A stretch of 64,000 bases of DNA. It comes from Octopus sinensis (taxonomy: Eukaryota). Location: contig NC_042997.1 in NCBI RefSeq assembly GCF_006345805.1, positions 22,196,001 through 22,260,000 on the forward strand. The letters are read 5' to 3'. Numbering within the stretch: position 1 is the first letter of the stretch; each line of letters opens with the position of its first letter. The translations under genes were made by a program, and so were the position numbers. Shown here piece by piece: positions 38,487 through 51,650 of this stretch. The notes beneath the pieces were generated by a model. It did no database searches. It had not been told where the DNA came from and saw only the letters and a list, made by a program, of their open reading frames with translations.

Positions 38487-39690
38487 TATGTTATTTAATG
38501 CAACCTTCTCTTTTTAAAAAGTAGGAGTAGGATTTAAGAGAGATTTGACTGCTGTGTCTAGCAGGTTGAGCTACCATGCAGAGTTTCCCCATTACTGGCT
38601 CATTCTTTTTATGGATCTTCTAGGTTGCAAGCTACTATGTTTTAACTTCATTTTATTCTACCTCTAGCTCAGCTCACTTGATACAACCATCTTGCTTTCT
38701 CTCAGCACCTTCTACATTGTCTCACCATTTATGCCTCTGCACTAGATTTTTTTATCCAATCCTTCTTAGGACTTCATTCTTCTGGAATTTCCTCCCAACC
38801 TACATTTTTGCCTACAGATGTTGGCTTATAGATGTTTAAGCCAAACACCATCTGCATCAATCTCAGCATATTCAAAGTACTTGCATTTACTATGATTATA
38901 GCTACTTCTTTCTGACTAAGCTATAATGTATCATGTCAAATACACTCACATCCAGCTGACCAATTTCCTTCATGCTTCCTTGTCCTCCAACGTCTCTAAA
39001 AGTCAGTTATTTTTTTGTCAAGGTTTATGTCTCTAACAATTATTGCACACATATTTGATAAGCTCTACCTCTTCTTCTTTCACAATGTTATAATTCCCAA
39101 TATAATAGTTGATTTACAACTTCATCTTGTCATTGCCAGAAGTGTCCTACAAGCTTAAGTATGTATTGTTTGATGGTTTCTGTTAATAATTGTATATTTT
39201 CGTATAATACACTGTTCAATAAATGTTGTGCCAAGAACATTGTGATATAAACAAAAAAAAAAAAAAAAAAAAAAGAAAATTACAAACCATCTCATTGTTC
39301 CTTTGCCAGTTTTCTGAATCTTGAATATTTTGTGCTCAGTGATAAAAGAAGTTCTTATCAGGTGTAGTATTTATGATAAATGGAAGAACTACTTACATTG
39401 GTGATAACACTGACCAATAATAAAACTAGCAAAAGTCACTTACAGCAAGGAATAATAAAAAAAAAAACAAGAGGCTCAGATTTAAAAGAACAATGTAACA
39501 ATGATGTCATTGTTATGCAAATCATGTTAGCATTGCATATAAGTTGATCAAAACTATTTAAGAACTGCAAGTAATGACAGCTCGACTTCTTGAATAATGC
39601 ATTATGACGCAACACAACATCAAGTAAATAGAAGTGATATTAATAAGATTCTATCAGAACCGAGCCATATTCCATAAACCCAAGAATATA

Positions 39691-40026
39691 ATTCTGTTGT
39701 GTCTGGGGAGAGTCATTTTCTTTTTTTTTTTTTTCTTGTGCCTTATAATGTAACATACTCACCAGTAAAATTTCCACTTTTTTTTCTTATTTTCCTAAAA
39801 TTTCCGTTGCATCTTGCAATCTTTTCAATAGTCTTGACTCTTATAACATAAATAACGCAGGGTAAATAACAGACAGAGTCAAGATTATTGAAAAAGTCAC
39901 AAGATGCAACGAAAATTTTAGGAAAATAAAAATAAGAAAATAAAGTGGAAATTTTACCAGTGAGTGTGTTACATTATAAGGCACAAATAAAAAAAAGAAA
40001 ATGACTCTCCCCAGACACAACAGAAT
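39691..40026. mobile_element. Fold-back MITE, ~150-bp arms, ~33-nt spacer
   Basis: ATTCTGTTGTGTCTGGGGAGAGTCATTTTC... versus ...GAAAATGACTCTCCCCAGACACAACAGAAT. Confidence 0.88.
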
Positions 40027-41569
40027 ATGCTTCAACACACGAACTCACATAAAGAATCTTGCAAACCAAATCCAAAAACGCAATACAAGAATATAATAAA
40101 ATTAGCTAAAGGAAATAAGTCACATGGACCTATAACAGAAATTTAGATGAGTAATTTAAGGGATTATTTATTGTTTCCTTTTCCTCTAAGAGACATCCGA
40201 TAACTTATTTCTCAAAATTCATGCTATTGGCTTATTTGAAATATTTCCTTAGCTCATTCTATCTTTTAATTATACAAATTACAATTATATGGTTTATTAA
40301 TGCAAAGGCCAAAATCTTTGTTTTTCTACATGTTAAAAACTTTTGTCAGTTTTGAAGTTGCTTATGCTTTACTTATAAGATTCAATAAGGCTGAAATTTA
40401 CCTGTAGCTGCCACTTTACATATTAACAAAAACTGGATTTTCTTACAAACATATAAATTTTCTTTGTGAAATTAATTTTTTCACAAAATTATCTTCCCTT
40501 CTGTTGGAGAGTTGCTAACCACTAGTCAGAAGGAAAGTGACACATTTTGTTATTAAAAAGGAAATTTCAATTCATTTTTGTATGTGTCATTTTGTATTTT
40601 ACAACAATTTATTTATCAGGCTTTTCGTAATATTGCAAAGCACTTGATTTTGTATCCTTCAGGATTTTAAGGGTTTTTAAAAATCTTTTATCTAGCTGAA
40701 TGAGATTAGTGATCAGGAGTCCTGAGAAAATTCCATTTGACAGATTTGCATTTTATCTGCTAAAATGTTTCATTCACTGATCCATTTAATACTCAAGAAA
40801 TCAAGGTTAAGAAGCAGTCATAAGGTCACCTTGTATGTTGTGAAAGGTTTGAGGCTTTTAACTAATTTGGCCTGTCTTAAACTATATTATCCTAACTATA
40901 TGGAAAATGTCTTATAAGCTGCAAGGGCCTATAAAGGCTATGAGTTATCCCACTCCTACCTTCTTTCAGACCAAGCTAATAAAAGGGGATGAAATACTTT
41001 AAAACATGTAACTCTAAGAACAAAATGTTCTTAATCTATATAATATTGTTTAAGGAGAAATAAAATACGTCATCATAAAAGAAATTACAACTGTTGATTT
41101 CTTACCATCATTCCTCACTGCATATATATATACATATATAAACACACACACATACATGTGTGTATATATTGTATGTTTTCATGTATTTGTGTGTGTCTGT
41201 GTATGTACTGTACTTAGAATTTGGAATTAGTCTTTAAGAGTGATAGTTTTCTCACTGTAATGATTATGTTAATAAATAGCTTTCTTTCGATATGTCAAAA
41301 CCTGAGGGTGTGCCAGCTTTGCGCTCTCAAAGGATTTCCTCTAATGGAAATTCTTAGAAGCATTAGTAATGAATGAAGTAAAATAAACAGATAAATAAGA
41401 AAAATCTATAAAGAATTTCTTAAAATAAACACACAAAATGAATAAAAGAAATTATAAGTAAAAACAAAAAGCAAATGGAAACAAAATGTACTGAATGTGT
41501 AAAATGAATGTTGAAAATTTATAAATATTAACATTCATTAATTTTAACATTTTTCATTCTATTTTGTTA

Positions 41570-42700
41570 TTTAGAATTGCAGATGTCTTCTCTCTACCCT
41601 CATCTTTGTGTTCTCCTTCTCTGTTCTTTAATCTTCATTTTCACCAACTTGTCTTTTTTCTCCTACTTTCACTTTAGCTTGTGTCATCTCCTCCTGATTT
41701 CTTTCCATTACAATTTTCTTTTCTTTCTCATTCTTTCTGTTCTGAATCTAACAGTTCTTTCTTTCTTTCTTTATGTCTGTCTTCACTAAAATGTTGTGAA
41801 TTTATGTATCTTATCCATTTCTGCATTCATCAATCTTTCATCTGCTGCTACTGTCTCCTCCAAATCACATCCTTCAGTATCGACTCCTCTAAAATGCCTT
41901 CTCCAATATTACATTCTCCAACACTATCTCATACATTTCCGTCTTCAAACACCACATCTTCTAGTATTGTGTCCTCTAATATTACATTATCTAATTCTGT
42001 CCTCCATCATCGTATTCTCAGATACTGTGATCCTTCATCCTCCAGTATAATATCGTCGTTATATACTCTAACATCACATCTACCAGTAGTGTCTTTTCCA
42101 GCTTAACATCCTCCAGTACTGTGTCATTCAGCATCCTCCAACATTCTCACTTCCAATGTAATATCCTCCATATATATATATATTCATTAACATCACATCT
42201 TCCAATAGTGTCTCTTCTTTCTCTTAACATCCTCCAATTCAATCTTCTAATATCACATTTGCCATGTATACTTCCTATAATATCCCCAATTCTGTCCAAC
42301 AACACATCCAACCTATATCTACTTCCCAAACCTCTCTCTCTCTTCCCTCCTACTTTCCATCATTACTTTCTTTTCCATTCTGTAAATTACTCCTCTTCCC
42401 TTCTAAAATCACTGGGCAGTATAATTATAGAGATACAGAACAATGGGATGACCACAGTTGGGAAGCAGTAACTCTACTACATATTTTCCTCTTCTCTTTC
42501 TATCTTTCTCTACTTTTCTTCTCTACATTAATTTCTATTGTTTTATTTTTTTCTCTTCTTTTTTTCATCTTTTTGTGTTTTACTGTATCTCCTCTCCTTT
42601 CTTTGAATTATTCTCTTTTGTTATGCCCCCTTTCTTCCTCTGCACTCCTCTACTTTGTTTTCTACCCCACCCCCACCATCTTTTACTTCTATTTCCTTCA
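41570..42700. repeat. Pyrimidine-rich low-complexity tract with imperfect sub-repeats
   Basis: T/C-rich + strand; TAACATCACATCT.CCA.TAGTGTCT...CTTAACATCCTCCA recurs at ~42069 and ~42188. Confidence 0.7.
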
Positions 42701-44149
42701 TAAATGAAACAATGTGAAATGTACAAAACATGTGAAAATAAGCTTAAAATAACTAAAAATTATAAAAAGTCCAAGGTAAATCAGTTTACATAACAGGATT
42801 CATTTGTATACCACATGCCAACAAAAGAGCCTAAATACAGTTGCTTTACCTGTAATAAACAGCAGCTAAATTTTCTTGAAACCACATAGTACCATTTTTA
42901 GAAAATGGAAAACATTGGATAGTTTTGTCTTTGGTATACTTTCTAGTAAAAGGTAATAGGATGGTCCAGTGTAGAACACTTTAATCATGTCTGCTTGATT
43001 TCAAAGCTGACTTGAAGCTAAGCAACAACTACAGCAACAATTTGTATACCATAGGAAAAAGAAAAATGAGGAGAATAGAGAGGAAAAGCATTCTGATGTT
43101 TCCAGGAATAGCTTAAGGGTTCTGTTTACAGTTACCAGTCAATAACCTTATCATTTCTTTCTAAAGAACAAACAGCCTTGCTTGAAATGTTGGAATTCCT
43201 TTCTGCTCATAGACAGACAGGATAAACATCTATTTTTCAAGGTTGTATAATAATAATCAGATTAATGAATTCTGAAATTTTTTTCTTCTTTCTTCTTTTT
43301 TTTCTTTCTTTTTGTCATATTTATTCAAAACGAGTATCCATCACCAAGGAGAGACCATAATAAGGTTGAAACGGCATGGTCTGATGGTCTCAATAGCTGG
43401 GATGGTAGGCAGTTCTCTCCCCATTTGCAATATATATTAAGTGCAAAGTGCACTGTTAACCAGCTGGGAGAGGCATCCTCCTGGGGTTAAAATAGCTACA
43501 TCATCTGTTCTTAGAGAACACCTATGTTTAGATAGCAGTAAATATTCAAAAAGGAACTACTGACAATTGAAACATGTCTAAATTAAGTCATTTACACACT
43601 AACTTCTTGCAAAAGGACTCACACCTACTTTCATAGTCATTTGATTTAATTGTACCCGAAGTAGCTACTATATGGAAAATAGGTCACTGAGGTTAATTGT
43701 TCAGAGATGCTACTCACATAAAGATATTAGTTAAGTTAACATATAACATAGTGAGTACTGAAAATTTAACTAGAAATATGTGTGTAATGAGGAAGAAAAT
43801 TTGCTTCAATAGTTAATATTACTTTAATCACTTTGATAAATAAGGGATACAACTCTGGTCATGTTCTGGTCTTATTAGACCTCCTCAGTGAAACACAGAC
43901 CTCACCATACTTGCTATAGGCATGAAATAATTCCTTTACTGACTACTTTTTGATTTCAGTTTTAGATTATTCAAAGATTTTCTGAAGTAGAACTAGCCAG
44001 AACTGAACAACTTTTATTCAAATAAATAATTTCTAGATTAAATGAAAAAATTAGGGAAACATAATTAAATAAATAAATATTGGACAGATAAATTAAGTTT
44101 ACTTGTAAAATAGTCAGTTTAAACTAAGTATTTCAAGTGTGGTAATTGG

Positions 44150-45110
44150 CCAGTTGTATAAGATGAATCAAGTGAGACATTGGACAGGGTGAAGCACTTT
44201 CATGTTTTGTGGGAAGGGGCGTTTTCATCAAATATGGTTGGTGTTTATATTAAACTAGGACGGGCATTTGATCAAACAACTATTATAATTGGAGATGATG
44301 TTTTCCTACCACCTCCTCTAGACTGGTTATTCATTGTCGACAAGTAATTATGACCCTACCTCAAAATGACTGCAGTATTACACTAACAGCTCATAGCTTT
44401 AATTCTACTGCAAGTGTTATATTGTACATATTTGGAAGATACACTTAATTTTATACATCTCTGTTCACATAGCAATAGATAATTGACATCAAATAATCTG
44501 GTAAAGTTACCTGTTAGATTTATGCCATATCTAGCTTCAGATTTATTTCTTAACTGCTTAATGTCATGAAACTAGAACTAAGAACTAGCCCAGAAAAGTT
44601 TGTTGCCTTCCAAGATAATTTGCATCATTACAGGGTCAACATAAAAATATCAAAAAGTAGTTTATCAGAAAATAGATCATACAATTGTTAGTAGTTGGTA
44701 AAGATCCCTATTAATGAGACAATATTATCTCTATGAAGGAGTTGGTGTGTTGTCTGAAGAAGCATCAATGCAATTAATTTGAATATCTCCTAAATATTCT
44801 ACAACCATGACTCTATGGTACTAGAATGTGTTTGCGACCAAGAATTATTATACATCAAAGTGAAGGTGAAAAATTTATGAAGAGCCAATATTTGTTTGAA
44901 GAAATGTAGTTTGATCATCCAAGTCGGAATAAGTCGTGGGGTCTGAGAGGCAATTTAGATGCTTCAAAATAACTAGTTTGGACACCACTTAAGAAGACCA
45001 CTGACATCATTACCAGATGGGTGAGGGTGTGATGGTTAAAAGAAGTATTTCAGTACTTCCTGCAGCAGTCTCCTTTCAGAGTCAGTTGGATAAAGAAGAA
45101 TGATAAAAGA
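44150..45110 (+). mobile_element. Highly decayed RTE-like LINE RT
   Basis: VGVYIKLGRAFD (RT DxxKAFD-like), LYGT (LLYGxE-like) and GHHLRRP (WFGHxxR-like) remnants in the expected order. Confidence 0.4.
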
Positions 45111-46039
45111 CAGCAATGATTGTTAGTTTGTAAATTGTATTATCTATGTTTCTATTCTTGTTATTGTTCAAAGAACTTTGTCTACACTATAACTGGGTTT
45201 TTTTGTTTTTTGTTTTGATAATGTTAAAAACACTATCAAATTTATTGAACGAAAAGACTAAAACGGAAAATAGGAATAATATGTAAGCTTGGTATATATT
45301 AATCTTTTATTTTCAAAAATAGAATGAATTTCATATGTATGCTTGAATTCAGACATAGTTTATGAAAAAAGAATTCAATTTGTTTTTATAAATAACATTT
45401 TTATTTGCTTTTGAGTGGAATATTTTCAAAAACTTGCATGGTTCCGACATTGTGAATCAAAATAACTAATATTAAAATCTTATTCAGAAATATTTTAAGC
45501 CTTGTAAGCATAAATTATTAAGAGGAGTCTTTCAATGAGTGGATGATTCAAACAGTTCATAGATATTTCATATTCAAAATTTTCCTAAAACCATTAAGCA
45601 GATATTTAATCAATTTTCTGTAATTGATTCATGGGTAACTATTCAAAGATCCTTTAAAATATGCATTCGAAATTTTGCTGTTTTGAATAAAATTAACCAG
45701 CAACAAAAGTGATGGTTCTTGAGTAGCCCCAGATCAGCCTTCACTGAATTGATCTCTGAGTAAAAACCATTCCTTCATGACCATCTCATTGATTTTTTAT
45801 TTATTTATTTATTTTATATCGAGACCATTCTGTATTTAAGACTGCATCATCTAAGTTCTTTTTAAAGATTATAGGGTGTGATTTGAATGAAGTTTTGGCT
45901 ATTATTGCTAATAAGCTAAGTGACCAAATAATAGCTCCCTCATTAACTCAGTTTTGCAGCAATGTAACCTAATTGAGAATTTGGCTAGAAGACAGAACAT
46001 TTTTATCTTCTATTACATCATCATCAATTAAACAAACTT

Positions 46040-46330
46040 GTTTTGTCAGAAATTTTCTTTTTGTTCATTAAGCAAACTTGTGATCAAATGCACTCCAATT
46101 ATGACAACTTTGACTATTTTCTGACTTTGTGGATCTAGAATTATATTTTCAATTGTGCTCTTCTGTTTTTGTAAGATTAGTGTTTTATTATTTGAAACTG
46201 TTCTGGCTGCTATTTCTAACAGATCCATCGACCACTTGGAGACTGCTTTGTTGGCCTGTTTTAAAAATTTGTGCATTTGAAAGATATTTAGTTTTCCATA
46301 TCAAACTTGGCTTTCAATAAAGCTATCATT
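46040..46330 (-). mobile_element. Possible R4/Dong-like LINE endonuclease remnant
   Basis: LLEIAA..SNN...QKQKS..IENI...KIVKVVIIGV..IT resembles IDIA.P.D.N..KE.EK..KY..IPVVIGALG. Confidence 0.4.
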
Positions 46331-46676
46331 TATTTGATAAGCAACATAAGACTAAGTTAATTAGTATAGACTGAAATAATATTTATATATTGGTAGCATT
46401 ATATTGCTTGTCCTAAAATATATTAAAGTGATGTGGAAGGAATTGAGGATGGCAGCTCAATATTGTTAGTGTGATTTTTGCTTTAAATAGTAAGTATAAA
46501 AGCTGATTGAGGTTAATATTATGTTCAATGAGGCAGAGTTGACATAGTTACCATATAATAATGGAATGGAATAATAGGATGGAATGAAAGCTAACTTAAT
46601 ACAATGCTTCTGTATGTGTGGAGAGTTGAAACCAGAAATGTTTGTAAATTTTACCAATCATCTTGATACTACATTA

Positions 46677-46736
46677 AAAGAAAAGAAGAAAGCAAATATT
46701 TGAAGTAAAGAAAAGAAGAAAGCAAATATTTGAAGT
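46677..46736. repeat. 30-bp perfect tandem duplication
   Basis: AAAGAAAAGAAGAAAGCAAATATTTGAAGT twice. Confidence 0.95.
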
Positions 46737-47348
46737 TTAATTTTCAATAGTCAAACAATTAATATTAGTATAACATTGAAGATTTCTTTCTTTTTTTCAT
46801 GTAATTTCAGTATCATAACAAGTACATTGTGACTTTCAAGTATTTTTAATAGCAGATAGTAACTTTACAGTTCTCGTAGTTTTGTTTGTTTCAATTACAG
46901 TATTAGATATCATGTTGGTAGTTCATAAAGATTTTTTTTGATTATATCAGATACTGAAGAAATATACGAAACAAAATAACCAGAATTAGAATACAAATCC
47001 TTCAAATTCACAACTTGCTAGCAGCAAACATAGTTTGATCAATAAATTAAATTAGTCTTTAAATACTCTGGTTTCTGATCAATAACATAAAATATCAATA
47101 CCAATATATATATGTATGTGTATATGTATATATGTGTGTGTGTGTGTAAATTTATGTATGTACGTGGTAGTATATGTATGTATATTGAGAATATTAGTCA
47201 TGCATAAAGTTTATTTTGTTCTTTAGATATTAAATTCTTGTGTTACAAGAATAGGGTTTTGTTTAAAAACTCACCCATTTTTTAACCAATAGTAGTGTTA
47301 CAATATTCATAGTTTATGCTGGGATCATTGTATAAAATTTCTCTATAC

Positions 47349-48250
47349 AGGCACAGGTGTGGCTGTGTGGTAAGAAATTTGCTTCTCAACTACATGGTTC
47401 TGGGTTCAGTTCCACTGCGTGGCACCTTGGGCATGTGTCTTCTACTATAGCCTCAGGCCAACCAAAGCCTTGTGAGTTGATTTGGTAGGCAGAAACTGAA
47501 AGACGCCCATGATGAGATCTTTGGAGATATGCTGTGACTGAGAAGACCCATCAAGTAAAGTGAGTCATAGCCATGGCAGATTCCAGTGTCACATAACCAG
47601 CCCATTTAAAAGCACCCTTGAATCATCAAACAATATGCTAGGCTTAAGAAGACCTGCTGAGTCAAGCGAAATTGTAGTCATTGGCACCTGTGCCGGTGGC
47701 ACATAATAAGCACCTTTTGAGCATGGATCAATGGCAGTGCTGCCTGACTGGCTCCCCATACCAGTGACACATAGAAAGTACCATTCGAACGCAGACAAGG
47801 CCAGTGACCCTGACTGATTCCCGTGCTGGTGGCACATAAAAAGCACCCACTACATTCTTAGAGAAGTTAGCATTAGGAAGGGCACCCAGATGTAGAAACC
47901 TTGCCAGATCAGATTGAAGCCTGGTGCAGCCTACTTGCTTGTCAATCCTCAGTCAAACAGTCCAACCCATGCCAGCATAGAAACCGGACGTTAAACAATG
48001 ATAATGATGATGGTATCATCATCATCATATATATATATATATATATATATGCTTGTGTGTCCATGTGTCCACCCACCATCACTTGACAACTGATGTTGGT
48101 GTGTTTACGTCCCCATAACTTAGTGGTTGAACCTAAGAAACTGATCAAATAAGTACTAGGCTTACAAAGAATAAGTCCTGGGATCAGTTTGTTCAATTAA
48201 AGGTGGTGCTCTAGCATGGCCACAGTCAAATGACTTAAACAAGTAAAAGT
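47349..48250 (+). mobile_element. SINE family A with a long family C element (47508-48013) in its central microsatellite
   Basis: A head 47349-47507, C element ending (GAT)n, then (TA)n and the A1 tail to 48250. Confidence 0.85.
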
Positions 48251-48289
48251 ATAAAAGGACTCTCCTTTTTCTTTTTGCATATCATGATA

Positions 48290-48720
48290 ATACCAGCGTT
48301 TTGTCTTCTTTTAGTCTTTGCTAAGTTTATTATGAGGCCTCTTGATTCTAATATGTGCTTCTATGTCAGGAATTCTTCCCCTTAGTCTTCTACAGATCTG
48401 AGTAAAAGAAACCAGCTCATCAGTATGCAGGAGTTCCCATAGGTAGCCAGTCTTAGACTCTTCTGTTATGACCTATTGTTGTTTATTTCCAGAGCATCTC
48501 CTTTACCCTTGTATTTGTTAATAGTGATACTAGCAGTTCTTGGGTATGACACTTCCATAACTGACCATGCTAGTGACTAGCATGTGGCCTACAGTTTTTT
48601 CAGCAATGTTCATGAAGTACCAGTTGCTTTCTCTTTTTTTATATCCTTCATTGCACTTACAATCATTATTGTTCATTTGAACAGCTGTTGTGCTATTATC
48701 ATTGCAGATGCATTTCTCTT
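48290..48720 (-). mobile_element. RTE LINE RT fragments, internally deleted
   Basis: KGKGDALE..N and WELLHTDELV (WELLYADDLV-like) on the minus strand. Confidence 0.65.
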
Positions 48721-49304
48721 CGGTGTCTAAGATTTTTCTTGTAGACTCTTGTTATCCAGAATATTTTTTCTCTTCGATGTTTATGGCACTAAACATTTAC
48801 AGACCTCTTACATTTTACTTCTAAATTTATGTTCAAGAATTTGTTCAAAAGGTAAAATAGTTTATGACTACAATAATATATATATAAAGTATTATATAAG
48901 AATAAAGGGTTCAACATTGGTTCAATGTCAGCATGTGTATATAAGAATTTTTTGCATAATAAACCCTTTATTCGCAATATTACCGAATCTGAAACTTAAC
49001 TATGGTCTGTCTATAGCACTTATTCAGCATTACCTGACACCTTTGGGTCTCAATGACACCATTATCTCTTATAAAGTATTATATTTATTGTTCTTATACA
49101 AGAATGTTGACAGTAACTTCAAAGTTTTGGCCATCTAAGCCACAGTCTAATGATAGTTGACTAAATCTTCAAAGTCCCACTGTCAACAACCTTGTTGAAT
49201 AAGAATAAAAAAATTATACTCTACAAAAGTATAGATTAACCCATTAGGTTCATGTAAAATTGTTTTTATTATAACTGAACATAAACCAAGCATTAATATA
49301 AAGT

Positions 49305-49359
<55 letters not shown>

Positions 49360-49560
49360 GTATATATGTAGCCAACCCATGCCAGCATGGAAGGTGGATG
49401 TTAAACGAAACAATATGTAACTATCTAGGGGTTTAGTTCACTGGTGATCTAAATGAATAGGTATGCTGTGTAAGTGCTATAATAGATCATCTGTTAGGTT
49501 CCAAGTTCACAGCTGAGGCTGGAGCTCGGGATCCACAGTAGGCTTCTGAGTTAGCAGGCA

Positions 49561-50262
49561 TATATTAGAGGAAAAAAGGACAATAAAATCCAAGGCAGGA
49601 CAAGTATCTCAAATTATTTAGAGTATTTAATTAGAGTAAGGCGAATTTGAAGTAATTAATTAATTAGTTAATTAATTATTGGATGTTTTACAGCTGTTTC
49701 TGGGATATCTCAAGTGATAGGTTAACATCTCCATACTCTGGGTATTTCGTCATTAGAGACAAGGTGTCTATGTATGAAAGTTCTAGACATGGAATTATAA
49801 AAGAATAAAATAGTAGATAGAAGAATAAAGAGTAAAAGAGTAGAGAGAAGAATACAGACAGGAGAATAAAGTTCACAGCTCATCTTCTTCCAGAGGGTAT
49901 GGCTATTGGTTTCATGGAAATACAGACCAGCCTCCATACCCTCTTGAAGAAGTTGAGCTGTGAACTTTATTCTTCTGTCTGTACTCTTCTATCTACTATT
50001 TTACTCTTTATTCTTCTATCTACTATTTTATTCTTTTATAATTCCCTGTCTAGAACTTTCATACACACTTTCCTTGTATCTGATGACAGAATACTTCAGG
50101 GTATGAAGATGCTAACCTAACACTTGGGATTTCCCAGAAACCACTGTAAGACCTCCAATAATTAATTAATTATTTCAAATTTACCTTACTCTAACAGAAC
50201 ATTCTAAATGACTTGAGATACTCATCCTGCCTTGGTTTTTGTTGTCCTTTTTCCTCCAATAT
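49561..50262. mobile_element. ~700-bp fold-back element with TA-flanked termini
   Basis: TATATTAGAGGAAAAAAGGACAA... and ...TTGTCCTTTTTCCTCCAATATA; arms stay complementary to a ~30-nt centre (49901-49933). Confidence 0.88.
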
Positions 50263-50266
50263 ATAT

Positions 50267-50297
<31 letters not shown>

Positions 50298-50299
<2 letters not shown>

Positions 50300-50930
50300 G
50301 GGTCATCCCATATATAATATGGTTTTTTTATACTTCTTTTATTTTTCAAAATTAAGATTAAAAAAAGTTCTTTTTCAATCTAAAATATGCCCTCTTTCTA
50401 CTTTGGGACTGAATAGAGATTTGTGATAAGAAATGGGTTCTCTATAAAAATGTCAAGTGTTGAAGACAGTGGGTAGGGAAAGGAGAAACACTGGCACCCC
50501 AAGCTAAAGGTCTTCACTCCAGGGTTTACAGGACATCTTTGTCAAGCTCTACAGAAATTCCAGGATGAGGTTTGTCTTCTAGGCTGTAGTTTCTGGCTTG
50601 AAATTTCTGGAACCACCATTGACACTGGCTTACACTTATTGTCTGATCCCCATATACTGCATTAATATTCCTTGCATTCTCCATTGTGTTGTTGCCTTTA
50701 TTGAACTCATAAAGCAAAATGTGCCAAATATGCTCCTTTGTCACTTCTGTTATAGCTTTGTAAAAATAACTGTTAAAATCGAACTGCACTCTTCAAAACT
50801 TGCACTAAGAATAAGTACAAGGTAAAATTACTACCTGCTTTTATAGCAAGTTGATGCAGGTAGTTTATCCTGTTCCCCTCTGACTTTTAGTTCATGCAAT
50901 TGAAAAAAACCACATTATGGGATGACCCAA
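50298..50930 (-). mobile_element. Internally deleted mariner transposon with transposase N-terminal remnant
   Basis: TIRs TTGGGTCATCCCATA...TGGTTTTTTT with TA TSDs; ORF 50526-50789 (HILLYEFNKG...ARNINAVYG...QWWFQKF...SLEDKPHPG) matches the mariner HTH region. Confidence 0.93.
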
Positions 50931-51394
50931 TATTTGTGAGTGTAATATATACATATATTAATACATGTAAAAATATATATCCACACATGCACACACAGCA
51001 GTTAAAATCATTTTTTAACTTCAGTAGTGATGATTTTATCAGTTATAACAGTAGTCTGATGATCATTTGTGTTCCATTGCCAAATGTAAACAACGCTTTC
51101 CAAATATAGCATTAGTGTGCTGCTCATAAAGATGGTGAATCTGAAATCATTTTGATTTCATTCAGATGGTGAGTCTAAGAAGGTTATAATATATTAATGA
51201 CAAAGAAATACTATTGCTCCAAACTAAAATTAAGATATTAATAAGAAAATTTAGAATATTCTTAATAAAGAAAAATTCAAATGAAGTTGTGTTTAAAACA
51301 CGAGCTGTTCCCTATTTTCATAAATAATATAGATACTTGCATATCTAGTTTACTGTTCCATTATAGAAAGGATCAACAGAAAAAGTATTTTATT

Positions 51395-51650
51395 TAGTGC
51401 TGGTAGCACGTAAAAAGCACCATCCAATCGTGGCTGTTTGCCAGCCTCGTCTGGCACCTGTGCAGGTGGCATGTAAAAAGCACCCACTACACTCACGGAG
51501 TGGTTGGCGTTAGGAAGGACATCCAGCTGTAGAAACACTGCCAGATCAGACTGGGCCTGGCGCAGCCTTCTGGCTTCCCAGACCCCAGTTGAACCGTCCA
51601 ACCCATGCTAGCATGGAAAACCGACATTAAACGATGATAATGGTGATGAG
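51395..51650 (+). mobile_element. Family C element
   Basis: GGAGTGGTTGGCGTTAGGAAGGACATCCAGCTGTAGAAAC...ACATTAAACGATGAT. Confidence 0.88.

Noticed and set aside
41681-42707. ORFs of 116-147 aa
   Set aside because: Low-complexity pyrimidine-rich DNA giving Ser/Leu/Phe-rich translations without splice support.
48750-49200. Possible L2/CR1 remnant on the - strand
   Set aside because: Only vague similarity; no diagnostic motif could be read.
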